Below, one piece after another: positions 58,273 to 64,000 of a stretch of DNA of 64,000 nt. Every line of letters starts with the position of its first letter. The first letter of the stretch is position 1. The DNA comes from Calditrichales bacterium (GTDB lineage: Bacteria > Calditrichota > Calditrichia > Calditrichales > J004): the NCBI GenBank assembly GCA_965267575.1, contig OZ254086.1, positions 3,488,001-3,552,000 of the forward strand, read 5' to 3'. The notes beneath the pieces were generated by a model. It did not search any database. It was not told the DNA's origin and saw only the letters and a list, made by a program, of their open reading frames with translations. The position numbers and the translations under genes were made by a program.

Positions 58273-60568
58273 TGATCTTCTCCTTTGATTTTATATAAAG
58301 ATTGGTCATGTTCAGCAGCAGGTACATTATTGTTACGGTGCCTAAAAAGCTTGTAAACATATTCATGGAAACCAGCGCTCCGAGAATACGGTTGGGAGGA
58401 AACACCGAAGCAAGCAGCACCAAAAAGCCGGCGATGACCACAATGGCATTCAGGGCAATAGCCCGCCCGGAATGTTGCATAGTCAGGCCTGCCGTCTTCA
58501 GTTTATCGCCAGTACGCAAGGCGTAGATTTTGTAGCGCTCCAGGAAATGCACGGCATAGTCAATACCGATACCGATGGCAATACTTGAAAGCAGGGCGGT
58601 TGTGGTGCTGAGCGGGATATCCAGCAGCCCCATGACGCCAAAACCGATAACGGCTGTAATAATTATGGGGACCGCGCCGATCAGTCCGGCGCTCAGCCTT
58701 TTAAACATCAACGAAAGCAGAATTATAATTATTATAATAGATAGCACCAGGCTCTTTACCTGGCCTTCGAGTATTAGATCGGTAAATACCAGACCCTTGT
58801 AGCCCGACCCGGCGTAGTGCAGTGTTAGGCCCTGTTCCTTGAGCGCCGGCAGATGTGTTTCGATTTGCGAGATGGCACTGTTGAGGGCAATTGAATTATC
58901 ACTTTTAAGCTGAAAAGTCACGTTGGCTTTGCGGTAATTGTAATCAACGACTTTCCAAAGATTTTCCGGGTCACCTGACATTTCATAAAGCAACAGGTAT
59001 TGAGCCACCAGATCACTGTTCTCCGGGATGCGATTATATGCTTCGCTGTCGGCATGCATAACTTTGTTCAGACGCCTTAAGTAATCGGTCAAGGCGAACG
59101 AATTGCCCACCACATCCAGGCTTGATTCCAGATCCGCCTGCATTTTATCGATTGCGTTTAGGACAGCGGGCTGCTTAAATGCCCCTTCTTCAGATGCATC
59201 AATGATAACATTTAGGGTTGATGTTCCGCCAAAATGCCGGTTAATAAAAGCATCCGTCTGAACGATGTCGCTCGTTTTCTCAAACTTTTCCAAGAAGCTG
59301 GAATTGATCCAGACTTTGCTCATGCCATACAGCGAAACAACAACAATGACGATTGTGACCGCAAAGGTGAGGTATTTGTGACGAACAACCCCGGTGGCGA
59401 TGGCCGTTAAAAAGCGGTTTTCGACCATTTTATCATCTGACCTTGCCTGCTTCCAGCGTGGCAGACCGAAAACAACCAAACCCGCGGGTATCAGTAGTAA
59501 AGAAAAGACCATCGCCATAAGTACGCCAAAAGCCGTAAATAACCCGAAATATTTTATCGGATACACATCAGAGGTTAACAAAGAGATAAAACCGACGGCC
59601 GTAGTAACAGAGGTCATAGCCACCGGTTTCCACATATTTCTGATCATGTCGACGGTCGCTTCCGTTCCGGAACAATACGGCCGCTTCTTTACGTAAAGAT
59701 GGAGGTGACTGTATAGGTGAATGCCATCTGCAACCCCTATGGCGATTAGCATTACAGGGATCATGGTAGAAACAGCGTATATTGGAATTTTCAGAATCGC
59801 CATAAGCCCGAATGCCCATATAACGCTAAACAGTACAACAAGCATCGTAAAAAGCGTTGCCCTGGCGCTGCGCAACAGAAACATCAGAATAAGAATGATA
59901 ACAGCAACCACTATAGGCACCATACGCTGCATGTCACGCGGGCCCAGGTAGGCCATTGTCCCTTCAACAATAGGGCGCCCGGCAACATAAAGCTTTTCAG
60001 GACCTTCAAATTCTTTGGACAAGCTGGTTATGCGCTGATAAAACTCCTGTGAAAAAGCATCATCGGCGATTTCGGCAACAATAAGGGTAACGGTTTCATT
60101 AAGATTAACCAGCCTCCCATAAATCATTTCATTGTTGAGAACAGCCTGTCGCAAGGAGCCAAGCTCATCTGAATCACCAGGCGTCTTCTTAAAAAAAGGT
60201 CTTACTTCCAGCCCAAATTCTGATCCGACGATATTATCTGCGCTGTAGAGCGATGTCACATCATCTTTGTTGATTTCATCCATTGCCTGAAGAGCGCGGG
60301 TTAATTTTTTTACTTTTTCTAAAGTTCCGCTATTGTAAATCCCCGCTCTGTTTTCAATCGCGACTATGATTCCGTCCTGAATGTTAAACCACTCTTCCGC
60401 CTGATCGCTGTAAATGAACGCCGGGTGGTCCCGGGGCATATATTCATCCAGGTCTGTTTCCATCCTGGAATTTTGGATCATAGCTAAAAAAAACAGAAGC
60501 GTACTGAAAACGCTTAGCGCGATAATCATCTTTGGATATTTCAATGTTTGATAAAGTAGTTTTTCCAT
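58259..60568 (-). CDS. MMPL/RND-family transporter
   Basis: Two repeats with 'IGVADGIH' and 'IGIGIDYAVH'; about 12 TM helices. Confidence 0.9.
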   Translation of the reverse strand: MEKLLYQTLKYPKMIIALSVFSTLLFFLAMIQNSRMETDLDEYMPRDHPAFIYSDQAEEWFNIQDGIIVAIENRAGIYNSGTLEKVKKLTRALQAMDEINKDDVTSLYSADNIVGSEFGLEVRPFFKKTPGDSDELGSLRQAVLNNEMIYGRLVNLNETVTLIVAEIADDAFSQEFYQRITSLSKEFEGPEKLYVAGRPIVEGTMAYLGPRDMQRMVPIVVAVIILILMFLLRSARATLFTMLVVLFSVIWAFGLMAILKIPIYAVSTMIPVMLIAIGVADGIHLYSHLHLYVKKRPYCSGTEATVDMIRNMWKPVAMTSVTTAVGFISLLTSDVYPIKYFGLFTAFGVLMAMVFSLLLIPAGLVVFGLPRWKQARSDDKMVENRFLTAIATGVVRHKYLTFAVTIVIVVVSLYGMSKVWINSSFLEKFEKTSDIVQTDAFINRHFGGTSTLNVIIDASEEGAFKQPAVLNAIDKMQADLESSLDVVGNSFALTDYLRRLNKVMHADSEAYNRIPENSDLVAQYLLLYEMSGDPENLWKVVDYNYRKANVTFQLKSDNSIALNSAISQIETHLPALKEQGLTLHYAGSGYKGLVFTDLILEGQVKSLVLSIIIIIILLSLMFKRLSAGLIGAVPIIITAVIGFGVMGLLDIPLSTTTALLSSIAIGIGIDYAVHFLERYKIYALRTGDKLKTAGLTMQHSGRAIALNAIVVIAGFLVLLASVFPPNRILGALVSMNMFTSFLGTVTIMYLLLNMTNLYIKSKEKINEKV

Positions 60569-60579
60569 ACTTTCCCTTA

Positions 60580-60595
60580 GTGAATACTCACTCAC
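60580..60595. promoter_or_regulatory. TetR operator copy 2 (upstream of the MMPL gene)
   Basis: GTGAATACTCACTCAC, 13/16 identical to the copy upstream of tetR. Confidence 0.75.
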
Positions 60596-60612
60596 TTGTG
60601 ATGTAAATTTTT

Positions 60613-61197
60613 TTATTTAGTTACGATTTTATTGATGCTGTCCCACAACTTGTTTCCTTCTTTAATAAGATCAAACGAATAGCCGCTTAGCCGCCAGCGT
60701 GTTACCGTCAAACGCAGAGCACCGGTTATTATTGTTGCCAGTTCCCGGGCGGCAATGTCGTTTCGGATTTCTCCCCTGACGGCGCCTTCCTTTAAAATAT
60801 GGGTTATTGTGTTTCTGCTGTTTTCCATAATTCTGAAAACCTCTTCCGAAAGGCGTTTATCGTTTTGAAAAATTTCTTCTGAAAAAATAACAGCGGCAAT
60901 GGCAGGATTTTCGGCAAAGTAATTAAACCGCTTTTGAAACATATTTCTTAATTGTTCAACAGCTGAAACACTGTTGGGCTGCACTTGCGAAAACGAGTTT
61001 TCTTTATCTTCTTTAAAAAATTCCAATATGCCTAAAAGAATATTTATCTTACCTTCAAAATGGCGGTAGATGGCACCTTCGGCGGTACCTATTTTTTGGG
61101 ATAAGTTTTTTATAGTAAGTTTTTGAATGCCTTTATCGGCGATAAGCTCGATGGCGGCGTTTATAATTTGCAGTTGTCTTTCTGAAAAATTTTTCAT
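60613..61197 (-). CDS. TetR/AcrR-family regulator
   Basis: 'RQLQIINAAIELI...TIKNLSQKIG..EGAIYRHF'. Confidence 0.93.
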   Translation of the reverse strand: MKNFSERQLQIINAAIELIADKGIQKLTIKNLSQKIGTAEGAIYRHFEGKINILLGILEFFKEDKENSFSQVQPNSVSAVEQLRNMFQKRFNYFAENPAIAAVIFSEEIFQNDKRLSEEVFRIMENSRNTITHILKEGAVRGEIRNDIAARELATIITGALRLTVTRWRLSGYSFDLIKEGNKLWDSINKIVTK

Positions 61198-61213
61198 TTG
61201 CGTTTCTTTATGT

Positions 61214-61258
61214 GTGAGCGCTCACTCACAAATATAATAATCGAAAATTGATTGTCAA
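61214..61258 (-). promoter_or_regulatory. tetR promoter and operator copy 1
   Basis: Minus strand TTGACA-16-TATATT followed by the operator GTGAGTGAGCGCTCAC (61214-61229). Confidence 0.75.
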
Positions 61259-61377
61259 TTAATTTTTGTATTGTGGTAGTACTGTCCACAACGTAAACTT
61301 TTCTCTAATGCCTACGTCTTTACATGTTTCCGTATTTTTTTGCTTACAAAACTTTCACCATCAGGGAGGCTTTTGCC

Positions 61378-64000
61378 ATGCGACGACCTATCGCTTTGCT
61401 TTGTTTGCTGTTCTTGTTCACAGGGTTATTTGCACAGGAAAAAGAGGACAAAAGTCCTTTAAACGAAGGCACTTTCTCCGGGCTGCAACTGCGTAATATC
61501 GGCCCGGCGTTCATGTCAGGACGTATTGCCGACATTGAGATCCACCCGGAAGATCCGCATACCTGGCTGGTCGCTGTCGGCTCGGGCGGGGTTTGGTATA
61601 CGGAAAACAGCGGTACCACCTGGCAGCCTGTTTTTGACAACTACGGTTCCTATTCCATCGGCTGCGTCACCTACGATCCTTCAAATCCGGCGATTGTCTG
61701 GCTTGGCAGCGGTGAAAATGTGGGCGGGCGTCACGTCGGTTATGGCGATGGCGTTTACAAAAGCACCGATGGCGGCAAATCATGGAAAAATGTGGGCCTG
61801 AAAAAAAGCGAGCATATTTCCGAGATCATCGTCCATCCCAAGAACTCCGATATTGTCTGGGTAGCTGCTCAGGGTCCGTTGTGGAACAAGGGCGATGAGC
61901 GTGGTCTCTACAAAACGACCGATGGCGGAGAAACCTGGAAAAAGGTGCTCGGCGATGACCAGTGGACCGGCGTTACCGATATTGTAATCGATCCGCGCGA
62001 TCCGGACCGCCTTTATGCGGCCACCTGGCAGCGTCACCGTAATGTGGCGGCTTATATGGGCGGCGGCCCCGGTTCCGGCCTGCATCGTTCCGTTGACGGT
62101 GGAAAGACCTGGGAAAAAATGACCAGCGGGCTTCCCGGCTCCAACATGGGTAAGATCGGCCTGGCCATTTCCCCGATCAATCCGGATGTGCTTTATGCGG
62201 CCATTGAGCTTGACCGCCGTCAGGGCGGGGTATGGCGCAGCGCCAACCGCGGTGGATCATGGCAGAAAATGTCTGACGCGGTCTCCGGTGGTACAGGGCC
62301 ACACTATTACCAGGAGCTTTACGCCAGCCCGCACGCATTCGATCGCATCTACCTGGCTGATGTGCTGGTGCGCGTGTCCGAAGATGGAGGACGTACCTTC
62401 AGGCCCGTGAACACGCAGTATAAGCATGTGGATAACCATGCACTGGCTTTCCGCAAAGACGATCCGGAATTTCTGCTTTCCGGCACGGATGGCGGCTTGT
62501 ATGTAAGTTACGACCTGGCCGATAGCTGGCAGTTTATCAGCAACCTGCCGGTCACGCAGTTTTACAAAGTGGCTGTGGATGACAGCGAGCCGTTCTACAA
62601 TGTGGTCGGCGGTACGCAGGATAACGCGACGCAGTATGGTCCGTCGCGTACGGTGTGGAGCATGGGTATAGACAATGACGACTGGATCATCGTTATCGGC
62701 GGGGACGGGCATCAGCCTGCCACAGAGCCGGGCAATCCCGATATTATCTACGCTCAGTCGCAGCAGGGCTTCCTTTCGCGCGTGGATATGACCAACGGCG
62801 AGAGTATTTCCATACAGCCCCAGCCGGGTCCGGGCGAAGATTACGAACGCTTCAACTGGGATTCACCCATCCTCGTGAGTCCGCATTCGCCGACGCGCAT
62901 TTATCATGCATCGCAGCGTGTCTGGCGCTCCGACAACCGCGGCGATGAATGGACGGCCATTTCCGGAGACCTGACCCGTGACCAGGAACGTATTACCTTG
63001 CCAATCATGGGGAAAACCTGGAGTTATGAAGAACCCTGGGATTTTCTGGCCATGTCCAATTATAACACGATTACATCTCTGGCCGAATCGCCCGTGCAGA
63101 AAGACCTGATCTACGTCGGAACTGATGACGGCCTGATCCAGGTGACCGAAGACGGAGGCAAAAACTGGCGGCGTATTGAGGTGGGCAGCCTGCCCGGTGT
63201 ACCCAAAACCGCCTTTGTTAATGACATCAAAGCGGACCTGTATGATGCCAACACCGTCTACGTGGCGCTGGACAACCACAAGTTTGGCGATTTCAATCCA
63301 TATCTTTTAAAAAGTACGGATCGTGGCAAAAGCTGGAGCTCCATTAAGGGCAACCTGCCCGACCGCAATTTGGTTTGGCGCGTCGTGCAGGATCATGAAA
63401 AACGCGACCTGCTTTTCGCCGCCACCGAATTTGGCGTTTATTTTACCATAAACGGTGGGGCAAAATGGATTAAGCTAAGCGGCGGCGCGCCTGTTATCAG
63501 CTTCCGCGATCTGGCTATTCAGCGTCGCGAGAGCGACCTTGTGGCGGCATCATTTGGCCGTGGCTTTTTTATCCTGGATGATTATACGCCGCTGCGCCAT
63601 GTTACGGAACAGAAACTGAACCAGGAAGCGACGATTTTCCCGATTCGCAAAGCGTGGTGGTATATTCCGCGCAACCTGGGCAATATTCAGGGTCATGATC
63701 ATTACCGTGCCCCGAACCCGCCTTTTGGCGCTGTATTTACATACCACCTGAAAGAAGCCTACAGCACGCTTAAAGACGATCGTATGAAAAAAGAAAAAGA
63801 ACTGGAAAAAGCCGGAAAAGCTGTGACCTTTCCGGGATGGGAACAGCTTGAGGCCGAACGCCGTCAGGATGCTCCGAAGATCTGGCTTACCGTTCGCGAC
63901 GCGCAGGGAAATGTTGTAAGGCGCATTGAAGGCCGAAATGCGGCCGGCATGCAAAGAATCGCCTGGGATTTACGTTATCCGCCGACGGATGCGATCAACA
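61378..64000 (+). CDS. Secreted VPS10/BNR-repeat glycosyl-hydrolase-like protein, runs off the window
   Basis: RBS gggagg, ATG 61378, signal peptide, 'RNIGPAFMSGRI', repeated S/T-x-D-G-G-x-T/S-W boxes; absent from the ORF track because no stop lies in the window. Confidence 0.88.
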   Translation, partial: MRRPIALLCLLFLFTGLFAQEKEDKSPLNEGTFSGLQLRNIGPAFMSGRIADIEIHPEDPHTWLVAVGSGGVWYTENSGTTWQPVFDNYGSYSIGCVTYDPSNPAIVWLGSGENVGGRHVGYGDGVYKSTDGGKSWKNVGLKKSEHISEIIVHPKNSDIVWVAAQGPLWNKGDERGLYKTTDGGETWKKVLGDDQWTGVTDIVIDPRDPDRLYAATWQRHRNVAAYMGGGPGSGLHRSVDGGKTWEKMTSGLPGSNMGKIGLAISPINPDVLYAAIELDRRQGGVWRSANRGGSWQKMSDAVSGGTGPHYYQELYASPHAFDRIYLADVLVRVSEDGGRTFRPVNTQYKHVDNHALAFRKDDPEFLLSGTDGGLYVSYDLADSWQFISNLPVTQFYKVAVDDSEPFYNVVGGTQDNATQYGPSRTVWSMGIDNDDWIIVIGGDGHQPATEPGNPDIIYAQSQQGFLSRVDMTNGESISIQPQPGPGEDYERFNWDSPILVSPHSPTRIYHASQRVWRSDNRGDEWTAISGDLTRDQERITLPIMGKTWSYEEPWDFLAMSNYNTITSLAESPVQKDLIYVGTDDGLIQVTEDGGKNWRRIEVGSLPGVPKTAFVNDIKADLYDANTVYVALDNHKFGDFNPYLLKSTDRGKSWSSIKGNLPDRNLVWRVVQDHEKRDLLFAATEFGVYFTINGGAKWIKLSGGAPVISFRDLAIQRRESDLVAASFGRGFFILDDYTPLRHVTEQKLNQEATIFPIRKAWWYIPRNLGNIQGHDHYRAPNPPFGAVFTYHLKEAYSTLKDDRMKKEKELEKAGKAVTFPGWEQLEAERRQDAPKIWLTVRDAQGNVVRRIEGRNAAGMQRIAWDLRYPPTDAIN

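Overview
Bacterial chromosomal window. The tmRNA tag, the sigma54-activator/lptE/TPR block and six secreted proteins with 'NYPNPFNP...K-x-x-x-x-[KR]' (or related) C-terminal sorting domains point to an FCB-group or related organism, possibly Calditrichota-like (inference). Core region 1-14.3 kb: xerD (partial), sigma54 activator, lptE, S8 protease, coaE, spmAB, glgA, HAD hydrolase, tmRNA and a tRNA-Gly/Cys/Leu operon. 14.7-23.5 kb: metallopeptidase-propeller-Omp85 protein, redox genes, tag, and an aminotransferase IV/sulfotransferase-like pair. 23.5-31.7 kb: a glycan-modification cluster with alternating gene orientation. 36-50.6 kb is a compositional mosaic: two toxin-antitoxin operons (higBA, yefM-yoeB) bracketed by TGTCAT...TGACA palindromic repeats, a haloalkane dehalogenase, an AT-rich orphan gene bounded by a 13-bp direct repeat with an integron-like GTTAGAY core, a CotH gene and its neighbour sharing an 88%-identical sorting-domain DNA block, and an AT-rich kinase pair. 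The end holds a LytTR two-component system with a visible binding repeat, a TetR-MMPL-LolA-like-barrel-VIT1 operon with two operator copies, and a partial VPS10/BNR protein. No CRISPR array, transposase or integron integrase was seen. All product calls come from motifs read by eye, not from database searches.
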